A stretch of DNA of 64,000 nucleotides from Lama glama (lineage: Eukaryota), in the NCBI GenBank assembly GCA_028534125.1, contig CM052817.1:65846001-65910000 (forward strand), given 5' to 3'. The notes under the pieces are model-generated. The model was not told where the DNA came from. It worked only from the letters and a program-made list of their open reading frames with translations, and ran no database searches. The translations under genes and the position numbers were made by a program. The first letter of the stretch is position 1. Each line of letters begins with the position of its first letter. Below, in pieces: positions 14,901 through 28,635 of this stretch.

Positions 14901-15239
14901 ATACTATATAACTTTTAATTGTGTACTAGCATCTGTCTACTGCAATGCCCATGCACCTATAGAACTTGGATTTACATTTTATAGGTGATATAAATCTCAA
15001 GATAGGTTTAATTAGGGGAGTTATATTTCACTCTGGAAGTGATGTTTAGGGTGAATGCAAAAAGATTAAGGCAGAGACTTTTACTAGCTAGCCCTTGGTG
15101 ATGATTCGGGAGTAGAAGATTAAGGCTTGAACTAAAGGTTATGGCACTCAGAATGGAGAGGAAGGGAGAGATTTAAGAGATATGTATAGTTTCAGGTCTT
15201 GGTAACAGATAGATGTAAGGGATGGAAGAGAAAATGATG

Positions 15240-17190
15240 ACTTCTGGAGACTTTACTTCTAATTAAAGATATTAACCAGCATCAAACCAAATTCACACCA
15301 AAAATAAGAAGAAAAGCTAGATTTAAAAAATGAAAAAATTCATTTGAAGACATGAGGGAGCTACTGAGCAGCCAGAACTTGAGGTGATCAAGGTCCCAGA
15401 AGAAAGGAAAATGCATTGAGATGAGTCAAATATTCTGGTTAATGTCCCTTTAAATGCATTTGCCATTCATAAGTAGACTGGAGCCAAGACTCTCATAAGC
15501 CAAACAGAAAGAGATAGAGAAGCTAAACAGAGTGAATGTCACTCTCATAAATACTAGAGAGACACAGAGTTCAAGATCCACTAAGGTGAAGTAGGACTAG
15601 AAACATCATAAATTTTCTACTGGGACTCCTAAAAGACCATGCAATGGAAGTAAAGATGAACTGGAAATAGATCAAAGCTTACAGAATAAAATGTGTGTTT
15701 GATCACCATGATAAGAAGGATTAATCTAGGTGAATTACATAATATGCCCCTTATCAAACTACCTGTCAAAAGCAAAATTAAGCTGAAGGAAAAATATCAT
15801 TCAGAATCTTTCCAATTATTTATACACAGTATTTGGCAGTCTATAAATTATTACCATACATACCATAACACAGAACCAACTGATTAAAACCTTGAAAATA
15901 ACTATGATTGATATATTAGAGATTATCAGAAAAAAAACCCTAAGGTCAGTAGAAATCAAATAAAAACTTAAGAACTAGAAAACAAAATAACTGAAATAAA
16001 AATTTCAATACATGGTTTAAATAGCATGTTAGACCAAATGAAGAGAAGATTAGTAAGTTGGTGGTTATGTCAGTAAAAAAATATTCACTAATGAAACACA
16101 GAAAAATTGATAGCAAAACAGAAATGAGAACAAGAGACACATAGGTCTAACATATTTGTAATTGGAATCTCAGAATGAGAAGAATGACAGACATGGCAGA
16201 AATAAAATTTGAAGAAATAATCCTGAAATTTTCCTCCAAATGATAAGACATTAAGCCACAGATTCATAAAATTCTGAGTCCCAAGTTTAATAAATACAGG
16301 GGAAACTGTATCAAGAACAATCAAAATAAAGCTGCTCAGAGCCAAGACAAAAAGATCTTAAAGCAATAAGTAAACAAAGAAAGATTTATTAAGAAAACAA
16401 AGATTTATTACATTCACAGACACAGCAGTATGACTGAGAGCTGACATCGCCACAGACACCATAGAAGTCAGATAATGATAGAATGATATCTTCAAACTGC
16501 TGAAAGAAAATAACTGCCAACCTAGAATTTCATACCCAAGAAACATATCCTTCAAAAACAAAGGCAAAATATGTTTCAAACCAACAGATGAATGTTGTAA
16601 TACCCAGAGTAGCAAAGAAGTAATACATAGAGGGAAAAAATAAAATAATTTAAAAAATAAATTGATCAAAAAAAGATAAGAAATGAGAAAAAGGGAATAT
16701 AGAAGAAGTTGGAAAATAAAGAGACAAATAGTAAGATTATGGAGTAAATACAAATATATCAGTAATTACATTAAATGTAAATGAACTAAGCATTTAAATT
16801 AAAAGTTATCACACTGGTTGCAAAAAATAAAATCAAAGTATATATTGTTTTTAAAAGAAACATTTCTATATTAGGACACAGAAATACTGAAAACAAAGGA
16901 TAAAAAAGGTGTCATGAAAAACACTAACAAAAAGTAACCATTTCTAGCTATGCTAGTGCCAGATGAAGTCACCTTGAATGTAAAAATCTATAGCAAAGGT
17001 AGAGATGGATATTTCATAATGATAAAAGTTTCACTTTACTAGGAAGATAAAGCAATTCTAAATTAAAATATGTAAAGCAAATCTGAAGCTAAGGAGGAAT
17101 CTATCAATTCTAAAAGGAGAAATATACAAATCCACAACGCTATGGAAATTTTTAATATACATCTCCTATTAACAGATCTTATAATTAGAC
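15240..17190 (+). mobile_element. Old L1M element: 5' region, decayed ORF1 and start of ORF2
   Basis: A-rich strand with ORF1 remnants (aacatatttgtaattggaatctcagaa, aactgccaacctagaatttcatacccaag) and endonuclease start (atatcagtaattacattaaatgtaaatgaactaa). Confidence 0.85.
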
Positions 17191-17194
17191 CAAA

Positions 17195-17440
17195 AAAAGT
17201 TGGCACTGTTTCGCATTTTTGCAAATCCCTTTAATGCTTTAAATCTCTTTAAAGCTTTGTATAATACAAAACAGCTAGAGTACCAGATCTACTTCTGCAT
17301 TCCATTTGATGTACTATCACATATTAAGTATGTCTGGAAAACTCCAATGTTTACTCATGAAAGAATGAGAGTAAACGAGGGCCATCTGAATGGAATCTTA
17401 AGAATCCTTAGTGCTCTTTGGACCACACCTTGAAAGCTAC
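17195..17440. mobile_element. hAT-Charlie-like DNA transposon end fragment
   Basis: tggcactgtttcgcatttttgcaaatccctttaatg ... ggaccacaccttgaaagctact resembles a Charlie terminus. Confidence 0.5.
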
Positions 17441-17444
17441 TACT

Positions 17445-17740
17445 TAAGATATTTTAATTCTTTATGCTATTATAAATAGTTTTGTTTTCTAAAATTTTAG
17501 TTTCTAATTGTTGTTTCCTTATATATGGAAATAGAATTGATTTGTGCATATTGACTTTTATCTTGTGACCTTGCTAAATTTACTTAATAACCTTAGGACT
17601 TTATTTGTAGGTAATTTAGGATTTTCTACACATATCCAATAGTATCATGAATGAAAAATGATAGTTTTATTTCCTTCTTTCCAAGTATGTTTACCTTTTG
17701 TTTCTTTTTCTTCCTTTATTGCAAGGTTGGGACCTCCACC
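17445..17740 (-). mobile_element. L1 ORF2 (reverse transcriptase region) fragment
   Basis: Antisense RT-region sequence: gaattgatttgtgcatattgacttttatcttgtgaccttgctaaatt ... ggattttctac ... ggacctcca. Confidence 0.75.
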
Positions 17741-20627
17741 TTGAACTTCTGAGGTTGTGAGAATGTTCTACTTCTTTATCGGGATGGCATGCCCAAGTGT
17801 CTTCATTTTGTGGTAATTCACCAAGCAGTAAGCTTGATGCAGAGTCACTGATCAATGTTTTCTACTAGCCAAAGAAAACTCAGTGCTGTGAAATAATTCA
17901 GCATAATGTTTCCATGGTTCTACAGGTTTCATACTACATTTGATTTTCCTTTGAGATTTTCCTAGCCAACCTACGTCTTGAGATGCACATTAAACAGTTA
18001 AAACTTGGATAATAAAGTAATCATTGCTTCCAGAGAAAGCATTAGGCATGCTCATGAATTATTTAGTTTTATAATTTCAACTTCCTTTGCCTGCACACGT
18101 GTGCCAGAAAAAACACCCAAATAGGTTGATGCCAACTAGATTTCTTTTTTTAATTTTCACTTGAGAGTGCCAACCACTTCAGCAGGATTTGGATCAATTT
18201 GCTTTGCCAAGTAATTCGAGTGGTCCTGCTGACCAGTCCTTTGACCTGGCCTGGGCAAGGTTAATGACAGAGGAGCGTTAAGGTAACTGATGGGTTTCCT
18301 TCTGCTGGGCCCTGAGGCCCTTCTGTTACTTTCTTTTCTCCCAATCCCCACAACTGCCTCTGATGGCACAGGAGAAATGTCTGGATTCTCCCTGTTAAAA
18401 GGAAGATTAGCAGATTTTACACAGTTCCTCATGATCTAATTGAAAGGGTGGAAGTGATATCATCAGACTAGCAAGAAATCCATTCAGAAAAGAGTTATTC
18501 TGGAGATTAGCAGACGATTACTGTTTGTCATTACTTGGGATAGGAAATACTTTGAAACATATACATTCAAAATTTATCCTTAATATTATTCTGTTCATGC
18601 AACCCAAATTTCCTGTAGTAATATAGATATTGATTCTTTTTTTTTTTTTTTGCCCCAAACATTTCCCTAGGCAATAAGGTTGCTTATGGAAATTTTTATT
18701 GTTGAGGAAAATTAGAAGTGACCTCCCAGGCCTCAACATAAGGGAGGTGGCCGGAGGGTGAGCACAGAGCAGACCTGCTTGGCTCTCCTCGGGGAGTTCC
18801 TCTTTTCAAGCTTCTCTTAAGAGTTCTCCCCATTATCTTTGTCCTAATTTCTCAAAGAAATTAAGACTAAAGAACACTTAGCTTCTTCTCTGGAGAGAAT
18901 GGTAACTTGTGAGTTTTATAAATGCATTTCTTAAATAATACAGCTAGCTTTTTTTCCCCCTTCAATATAAAGTCAATTTTAAGGAAAACTCCTAGGTCTG
19001 CTAAAGGTAAATAAGGAAGCTCTGTTCTGCATCCAGTCAATCCTGGCAGCTCCAGAACAAATCCTGGCAGGGATGAAACAGGTAAAGAGGAGACGCTGAA
19101 TTCTGGAAAATGGAAACTCGTTTCCTCTTTCCACGCTCCGTCAGGATGCATTATACGTCTTTTACAGCAGCTGACTACAGCCAGGGGATGAGTGGCCTGA
19201 GGAACTCAAGAAAGCTTCTAATGAATCCCCCACATCAACGGGTTCGCTTGCTTCTCTCTCCGTTGACAATCCTCAAATCCTCTTTCCAAATTATAAAATG
19301 TCTTTAAAATGTGGAACGTCTAATTCCCTCTCCAAGAGTCCAACTGACACCTGAGATTAAGGTCAGATATATCATGGGGCCTCTTGGTGTAAAGATAAAA
19401 TGACTCTTTGAACTGAAATAATGGATTTAAAGCGCTGAGGCAGAACACAGCTTCATCCAAACCCCCAGTGACATATTTACAGAACCAGGTCTGGCTGGAA
19501 ACAAGGTGAAAGAAACAGTAACTCTAATTGCAGCCAGCCAAATGAACAAGCTGATTGGCTGAATACTGGCCAAGCTCTTACCAATAAAAATACCACAGCA
19601 TTGCTACCCAAAAAGGGGTATGGGGACAAACTGCCAGAGGTAACCGTTACATAAGCCAGAGCTCACCCTGCCAATTAACCAGAAACCATTGCTGCATCTC
19701 TTCTGGCCACAATTATTGTGACAGGGCACTTGCAACCTCTTTGGCTGTTTAAGGACTGTACCAGATGAAGACAGTTCTTCTGTGGGACAAGAAAATCCAC
19801 CTTTAGGCCAAAACAGCTTGTGGGGTCAGCTTCTTGGGATGGCAAACCTGACCATCCGCTGACAGTAGTTTCAGCAAGAAAGTAAGAGCATATCAGAGAG
19901 CTCAGGCAAATGACCTTTTACAAATTGCTGCAGCTTTTTCAAAAGAGCAAGGGCAGTAAAAGCAAAGAAATGTGCCTTGGCGTGCAAAAAGGAAGGAAGG
20001 AGAGGAAGGCCCATCGAATTACCTCATTTTCTTTATTTAAAGATGCTCACCCTCTGATTAGCTTTGAGCTCAGCAGCAGTTCCCTGAGGACTGTCTTCCA
20101 CAATCAAAGTGAAGCAAAGCACGGAGGGCAGTTATGCAGGTAAATCAGACAAAGCCTTCCCTTGATCTTGACGCCCTGGAAAACGTGGATGTGTGGATGG
20201 AATCACCCAGGTAAGAACTCCTACGGTCATCACCGGCCACCGCTCAATCAGGCTACACTAGTTTCAGAGCCCTGCCACCACCTTGGTGCTGTCTGTCCTC
20301 ATTTCCTTCCTGATTCCCAGCCATAGGCTCCCTCTTAGAAGTCTATTTCCTTTTTTCCTGGATTTTTCCCTTCCCCACCCCTCCCACACACCTACACTCA
20401 CAAGGTGGCATCCACAGTCCATTCAACTGCCCCTATCTAAGTGCTCCTTCTAATATACGAATTCAATCTTACCATTCACCTGTGCAAAATCCTTGAGGAC
20501 TACTCTGTTACCTTTGTTTTAAGTCTGAGCTTGGTACGGTGAACTCCATCTACTTTATAAGTCTTATCTCTACTCATCCCCACAAGTTCTGCAGTCCAGA
20601 TAGAGGGTAATTGATAACGGTTGTTCT

Positions 20628-20777
20628 CAACATGAACAGAACCTTCTAATGATGAAGAGAGCTCCAAAAAATTCCAAGGCCCAGATAGAATTCCAAACGG
20701 CTTAAATGGGAATTTCTAGGAATGAAACTCAAGTATCTTTAAAATTTTTTCCTGTGGTTACAAGTTTGAAAACCAGT
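20628..20777. mobile_element. MER5-like hAT MITE (degenerate)
   Basis: Ends ggttgttctcaa ... aagtttgaaaaccagt. Confidence 0.45.
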
Positions 20778-20789
20778 ACATTATACCAC

Positions 20790-21151
20790 CATTACTGACT
20801 GAATGTTTGTGTCTGTCTCCCTCAAATTCATATGTTGAAATCCTGTCCCCCAGTGTGATGGTTTTAGGAGGCCAGGCTTTCAGGAGGTGATAAGGTCATG
20901 AGGCCAGAGTTCTCACAGGTGGGACCACTACCTTATAAAAGAGACCCCAGAGAGGTCTCCAGCTCTCCATCTCATAAGAACACAGTGAGAAGCCAGCATC
21001 TGCACCCTGGTAGAGGGCTCTCACCAGAGTCCAGCCCTGCTGGCACCCTGATCTCAGACTTCCAGCCTCCAGAACTGTGAGAGATACACTTCTTTTGTTT
21101 AGAAGCCACTCCATCTATGGGATTTTGTCATTGCAGCCCCCAGCTAATACA
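20790..21151 (+). mobile_element. MLT1A-type MaLR solo LTR
   Basis: gactgaatgtttgtgtc ... caaattcatatgttgaaatcc ... cagacttccagcctccagaactgtgaga ... ctaataca; 5-bp TSD ACCAC at 20785-20789 and 21152-21156. Confidence 0.92.
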
Positions 21152-22684
21152 ACCACCGTTTATTCTTCTGCACATGAATTTTCCTAGAAAGAAAATGTGC
21201 TATTTCACAGCTTTGCCACTTCTTTCTGCTGTTCTTGTAGGGCACAGGTAAAATACCTTCTCCTGCAACCCTTCAGTAACCTCCTTTAGTTTTCCCATGC
21301 ATGCCTGCCTCCCGATCCTGGATTTCTCTTTCCCTCACGAGCTGGATGAGGAAATCCTTCTGGGCAGGGATTGTGTTTCACTGGTCTTTGTATCTACAGT
21401 GTCTACTGAAGAAGGAGAACAGAAGCACATCAACACCACGCAGGGATTTCATTCTTCAAGCTCTTCTTCCACCTTCTAGAAAGCCGGCAGTCCTCTGCTT
21501 ACAAAAGCCTTGCAGGCTTCCAGATTTTCAGATGTGACAAAGTGAAGGCAGAAAGAAGAGATCGGCATCACCTCTACCTCAGGACTTCGGTAGCACTTTG
21601 TTAGCCTCCGTTGTCACTTGCAACTGAGTGGGAGTCTTTCGATAGCTTCCATATTGAAAGATTTCAGAATGGAATCCTGAGATATTCAATGAAGAACAGG
21701 AAGGCTTGTAACAGTTTGATTTCATGGCCTTTACTCAAGTAGATTTCTCCTTTTAATGCCTTTTGGCAAGGCAGGCTCCACAATGTACGAGGCAGGAAGG
21801 ACATCTCGATAAGTGAAGAATTGGGCCTTTGTTTCCACGAAGGGGAAACTCAGAACTCTTCCAAATGAAAAAAAAAAGGGCTCCTGGACATGACACAAGA
21901 AGGATGTTGCGAGACGAGAGCCAGAGTTAGCAATAAGGATGCAAACATGAAAGCAATTCTTTGCTGAAAAGACGTTTTAAAATCCCTAGATCTGCAGGCC
22001 AGGGTCTGCCACTGGAATTGGCAAAAGAAGAAGAAACAACTGACTTTCATTTTGGCTTCTGCCACGAGGACGCTTGCTTTGTGATTCTTGCCCAAAGTCT
22101 CTAAATGAGATGCTTGGTGTGGATTCCAAAGCGCCTGCCTTCTGACGCTAGCATGGAAGACATAACACAGTCTTTTTCCTCTTTCCAGTGGAAAGAGTTT
22201 TAGAAAATAAGCTGCTTTGAACAATATGTTGAAAATAAAGTTTATTTTCCAACATAGGTGGTGACTTGATCATTCTCGCTTAGGAAAACCACAGGGGCGT
22301 ATAAAAGCAAAGCATGAGGTACAGAAAGCAATTACAGAGCAACATTCTTCCTTTCTTTCTCCTTTGTCTTTTTGGAATTTATCCTAATAATTCTCCTGAG
22401 AGAATTTTTACACTTTTTATGATATTGAGCTTTTTATGTTAAGGAGGCCCTATTTTCAGGAGCAAATACAGCAAGCAAGGTACAAGGACTCTCTCTAAAG
22501 AACTTACATTCCAGGGCATACATAGCTTTCAGTAATCACCTAGATCCCAAGACGGATCCAGAAATAACTTGAGAGAATACGGGCTGAGTGCATAGTAAAC
22601 GTCTGGCACAGAATAGACATCCTGCAGAATTCTTAGCCATCGAATTCGTCCTTTGTCTCTACTTCTCCTTTGGACACAATGACG

Positions 22685-22766
22685 TTAGATTGAACCATAG
22701 GAAACTGTCATTCCTATAGGTCAAAACCCGGTAGACATCAGCAGTTGCATACAGTTCACTCTCATA
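22685..22766. mobile_element. MADE2-like mariner MITE (~80 bp)
   Basis: ttagattgaaccataggaaactg ... cagttgcatacagttcactctcata; degenerate palindrome resembling MADE2. Confidence 0.7.
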
Positions 22767-22879
22767 CTACACTGATTTCAAAGTAACAGACATGGAGCAG
22801 CTGAGAGAGATGAGTCCCCCTGGAATTTCATCTTTAAATTTCAGCCTCCTTCTTAACACTTTTTTAAAAATAGACAATT

Positions 22880-23100
22880 AACCTGTAGACGGCTTCTCAT
22901 GGGTTTGGCACTGTGTTGAATGGCTCGCATGAAGTCTCATTTCATGATTACAACCATTCTGTTAGGTAGGTATTATGATTACCTACATACAGATAAAGTT
23001 CACAGATTTTAAAAAGTGCAACTTACAAAAATTAAGTAAATTGTCCAAGGGCACCTATCTTGTAAATGACAAAGATCTGGGGCTTAAAGCTGAGTTCTGA
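22880..23100 (-). mobile_element. MIR SINE
   Basis: ggcactgtgttgaatg ... aggtaggtattatgattacc ... taagtaaattgtccaagggcac. Confidence 0.6.
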
Positions 23101-26100
23101 GTGACACCCAGTCCTGCAGGAGCCAGTTGGGCCATTTCTAATGATCTATTTACAAGGGGTATGAAAACATTACAGCAAATCTAAGAAAATGAACTACATT
23201 TACCATCGTTCTTCTCAGGATGAGTGCTGTGTGTTGGTTGGCAGAAACACTTTGATAGACTGCATGGTTTGGGAGAGGGTGGTGGTGAAAGGTGACAGCC
23301 CCCAGGAGACGCAGGGGCCCACGCGGCAGCTGTCCCTCATGCAGTATGCCAGGGCAGGCTGTGTTGGCCACCATGGCTCCTGGTTCCTATGGTTTGAGGT
23401 GAACGTAGCATCACTGAGTGATCGTCCTCCATTCTCAAGTTTCCACAAGTTTCCCCAAATGGATTCCTCAGTTCTGTGACTCACCAAAGTTTTGTTTGAA
23501 CTAATGCTAAACCTCGGGGTGTGACAAATGGCCTTGTCAATCCCTTGCTCAGTGTGTATACAGTTCACTACTTTGTGCTATTTTATACTGCATGCTCTCC
23601 AAGTAGTTGGTCCAGTCAGACACTTTATGCAAATCCTTCAGCGGGAAAAAAAAAAAAGGCACATTTTGGAAGGGTGCACATTTGGTGATCAAATAAGTGA
23701 AAGCATATTGTGGCAAAAGATCCAAAAGCATTAAAAACATCCCCAAACATTTCTCAGCCAGTTTTATTTTTCCACTGCTTATAAGCCACTAACTCTGCCT
23801 CTCAGTTGCGTGAGGGTTTAAGCAAATTTCCAACTCAGGAACGACCATGGCTTCCTGAAGCACAAACATCCAGACTTTTAACAGGAAGTTACAGCAAGAG
23901 GCAGGCTTGTCTCCAAAATCATCCGTTATGAACAAGCCTCAGAACCTTTGATCTTAATTAGCTAAACAAGCTCCTAGGGCTTTATTGGCAGAGCCAGCTC
24001 AATTAATTTGATTTAGTCACATTTTTTCCCATTTGGCATACAGTTTAGGTCATAGTAACTTAAAAAGATGACCAAGATATGCAAAGATACTTTATCAGAG
24101 GAAAAATAGGGCTGGAACATATGAAGTCCATTTCCTGTGTCCTAGAACTTGAAGTGCCCAGTTTGTTGTATATGGTAAGGTCCAACTCCTGCATCTCATT
24201 GGATTCTTACCACCATATATTTAACAAATGCAATAACCACACACCAGCCCGACCAATCATAATAGACTTCGTAATAACTGGTCTTTGCTTACCTCTTTGT
24301 ACCATCGAAATATGAGCCTTGATATTAAAGGTTGACTTACTGTTGAGAAAGAAAGGTATAAACCCTGGAAGCAAGAGATCTTTGGAATTTTCTTTTCATC
24401 TATTATTAACTCCTAGGGATAGATAACTTCAAAACAAAACGAATTGAATGCCCAGACATCTGCACACGGCTCTTCCTTTTGTTGCTGCCTCCATTCAAAT
24501 TCTCTACATGCAAAGAAATCACTGTGCAGAGCTGTGTGCATAGAACTCTATCCACGCTACAGGTTGATTTAAGGGATTTACAATGGTAGCTGTTTCCATA
24601 CTTTGTTTTCACTTTCTGCATTGATTTCAGAGATTAACCCCCGTGATTCCTCTGAGGAAATGACCTAGTGGTTCCTCAAAGGATTAAAAAGCATTCAGAC
24701 TGCACCACGGTGCTAGGCCATAAGCAACTTTTCTTCATAATTAGTCTTTGTTTAGAATGTGATGTTCTATCTTCAGATAGTTACGTGACAGCAGACTATT
24801 TATTCCTCTTGAATACAGTGAGAAAATAAGATTTTTTTTTTAATAGCAACTCCTACTCACCCCAACTCCTTCCTATTTTGTGGTAGCCTTTACATGATAG
24901 GCCGCAAAGAAGGGTCTAAGACGTCTCAACCTGTCCTGAATAAGGATGCTCCTCCCTTTATCTTTTACCTAAATGTGGATCAAAGGGAGGCCGAAGGATC
25001 TCCAGGGACCCAACTGACCAGCAGCTTCCTGATTTTCTTTCTCCTCCTCATTCATATGCCCAGTCCAATTCAGTAGGATGTGGAAATGCTGACTGCTAGA
25101 CTGGTAGAAATGACCCCCATCAGCTCCGGGGAAAAGCAGTTCAGGGATGGATAATGTGCTTTCAGGCAGAGAATGAGCTGGTACCCTGGAGGTCCAGGGA
25201 TGCCACATGCTAGGTGGTACGCTGCAAGATGGAAAAGTTTTCAGTATTCTAGATTTGATCATTAAAAATGCCACATGATTATATTTGTATTCTCCTCCAA
25301 TGTATGTCTGTTTAAATAAAAAAAATTTTATGTTACATACTATGGAATGAAGTTGACTTACCATGGAATTAAATTACTTCTCAGAATCAAGTTTTAAGAA
25401 GATATACCATGTTTTTTCTATGGAATCTCGTGTCCTCTGGCACACCAGCTTGAGAATCTCAGATGCAGATGAAAGAGCGTTGAACATAGAGAAAGAAGCC
25501 TAGATTCTAATCCTGCCTCTGACAGTAATATTGTCTTTAATCTTGATTATTTTGTCTAATATCCCTGTTCCCCCTTTTTAATGAAAGAAAATATTTTCAA
25601 TACATTGCAATTCTAAAATTTTATGAAGTTTGTATTTTTGTATTGTAACATTATCTTTAAAATAAGTTGAGTCACATGAAAAATTCCTGAAGACATGTGA
25701 CGCTCCTAGAAGAGAGTGGAGTGGTCATGAAAAATAAACATAGGGAAGATTTCTTACCAAGAGTTTATTGAAGTCAGGGAGACTGAATTGAGACTCAGAA
25801 ATCAGCACAATTCCACCTGCAACTGTCCTCTAGAACAGCTGTACGATGGACATGCTTAATCCATTGCCCTCCCTGCATCTCTGTGCTGCTTTGCCAGGCT
25901 CAACCCCTTTGAGGGGCAAGTACCTCAGTGGGTACCTCAATGTTTAAAACCAGATTATAACCATAGCCTGTCCTTGTGTAGCATCAATAAATGACCAAAC
26001 TCAAAAAAAAAAAAGAATTGGTGATGAACTTGAGCTTCAAGATTTCTATTGTTTTCTGCCTTTTGTATTTAAAAGTGGTCAATAATCAAGAAAAGATATT

Positions 26101-27279
26101 TAGCAAAATTATGTATGCAATTTCTTTCATGGAGCAAAGCTGCTTCAAAGAATCTATCTCCAAGATATGCTAGTAAAAACACAGGCATAGCATATTTAAA
26201 TAGTAAAAGACTGAAACCAATCTGAAAATTCATCACTAGGGCACTGGTTGAATAAACCATGGTTTGTCCACATGATGGAGTACTATAAAGCTGTAAACAA
26301 GGCACGAGCAGTATCTCCATGTAATGCAATGGATTGATCTCCACAATATAGAAAGTGAAAAAAAAAATGGAGAAAAAAATGAGCATAATGTGGCTGACAT
26401 AAAAAAGGAATGAATAGGAATATACGCATATTCATATTTTTAAAATGGAAAAATAAACCAAAACCCCATTTTTTTTTTAAAAATACCATCTGTAGGGGAG
26501 GGAGGAAGTAGGGTGGAAGAGCAAGCAGGGATAGTCATAGATTTCTTTGGTTATCCCTTGCTTTGTAAATTTGACTTTGAAATTTTTGCATAATTCTAAT
26601 ATAAAACTAAATTTTAAAAAGGGCCTAAAAACCAAAGCAACATTGAAATGAACAAACTTGGGAACTTAGGCATTTATCAAGTTGCTAGCATAACTGCATA
26701 GAAGGAACTATTTCAATCAACTTTACAAAAGAGTAAATTGATTTTAAGTTCCTAACGGGATATGTCATAAGACAAAGAGAATTACAGGAAACAAAATTAA
26801 TAAATCTGAAAATGTTTTCAGTAACCACATTGTTGGAGATTGTATTGGTATTGTTATTCTAAGATTTTTGCACATGAATTGTGGAATAAATCAAGCGAGT
26901 GATTACATTGGTTCATTGGGAACTGGAATTTTCTCTGTGGGAGAAAAGAGAGATGAAAGATAAAGTTAAATAAAAACACTGTAGTCCTGAATGTAAACGA
27001 AAATTGTCAGTAGAAACTTATGAATAGGTTATCTTTTGAAAAGAAGCAAATTTCTTAGCCACATGCACCGAATAGGTCTAGAAATAGGTGCCTATCCCAA
27101 AGCAATGTATACCCATGTTGCCTGCATTCTCAAAATCTGCTAAAGGAAAACAGGGCAGCTTAGAGTAAAGGCCCACTCCTGGCCTGGGGCAGGAAATGTA
27201 CTGGACAAGTATGGAATATCTTGTCATACAAGACAGCAAGGACGCCCTCAAAGGCTTCAGTGGTTGTCCGGGCAGGTCT

Positions 27280-27484
27280 TAGGTGCAATGATGGACCAGA
27301 CCCAGGACATACAGGCTCATGAGAGCTGATTGTTAAGTATCCAGAATTTTCTGACCCTGTTGTTAAGACATTGGTAGCCTGAGATCAGCCACGTTGGGAG
27401 AATTTACACCAAAGAAATTGGCAAATACTACATATTACATCTTTTTCTTTTTTATTTGAGAGCCTGTTTGCCAGCATAGCACTG
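27280..27484 (+). mobile_element. MER63-like hAT-Blackjack MITE nested in L1
   Basis: ggctcatgagagctgattgttaa ... atttacaccaaagaaattggcaaatactaca ... ccagcatagcactg. Confidence 0.7.
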
Positions 27485-28414
27485 TATGGGGGTCAATTTG
27501 AGGAGATTTTGAGCAAAACTTTTTGAGCATCAATAAGAATAATAACTGCAATGGAGTGAAATGTATTAACTATAATTAAATCTATGTGTTCACAACATAC
27601 ACACATACGATTTTGTTAGTCATCTATGAGGTGATCAGATTTCTATTTTGAAAACTGGTGAAGAAGGGGAAAGGATCAAGCATTTATCTTGTTGTTTCTA
27701 TATAAAAAAAGTCAAGGGAAACAGAGTTGATAGGGAAAGCTTCTTTTTCTAAATCTATGCCAGATAATAAATGATGAAAGAATGACAGGCTATCACCATT
27801 TATAATCCCTAATTAATGAACGACTCTTGGCAATGAACAATATCTGCTAACATGACCAAACCGAAGAGACTCAGACATTTGCTTACCTCAAACACCATCC
27901 ATGAAATAGCCTTACCTGCCTCACTTCCCACACCCCCATTCCCCAAATTAACCTCTATAGCTAACTACCATTTTACAGGAAACACAAGGAAAAAAGGAAT
28001 AAGTTAATGAAAACCATGCAATTAATAAAATTCATACTGTTGGGAACTCTGCAGGACAAATTCTGCAATTTCTTCCAAAAACTTGCAAAGAAATATAAAA
28101 AGATGGGAAAGTGGGGAGAGAGAGGGAAAGAATATCAATGGATTAAAAGAGACTTAAGAAAAATCAATCAATTGCAATGTATGAAACTTATTTCCATCCT
28201 GACTCCAACAAACTCTGAGTTTGATAAATGAACATTTAAAGTTATTGAGGAATCGTTCAGTTTGAAAGCAGAATAATGGCATCATGGCTATGTTATTAAA
28301 ATGAGCTCCTATGTTAGGGATACTTGCTGAAATATCTAGGGAGAAATGATGTGATATCTAGAGTTTTTTCAACATAATGAGTGGGTGAGGGTAAAGGTAG
28401 CTAAGGGTATAGAA

Positions 28415-28635
28415 CTCAGTGACTCCAAGAGTAATCCATTGGCCACAGAATCTGCATCATCTAGGAATTTATTAGAAATGGAGACTCTCAGGCCCAAGCA
28501 TAAACTATTAAAAAATATAGGTTAAAAATAGATACAAATATATAAAAATAGTTTAAAATAAGTATAAAATATAGCAAAAATGAATTTTAACATTCAAATT
28601 GACTGTTCAGCTTCTTGAATTTTGAGAAGCTCAGG
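28415..28635. mobile_element. MER5A-like MITE with AT-rich expansion
   Basis: gcatcatctaggaatttattagaaatggagactctcaggccc ... ttttgagaagctcag. Confidence 0.6.
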
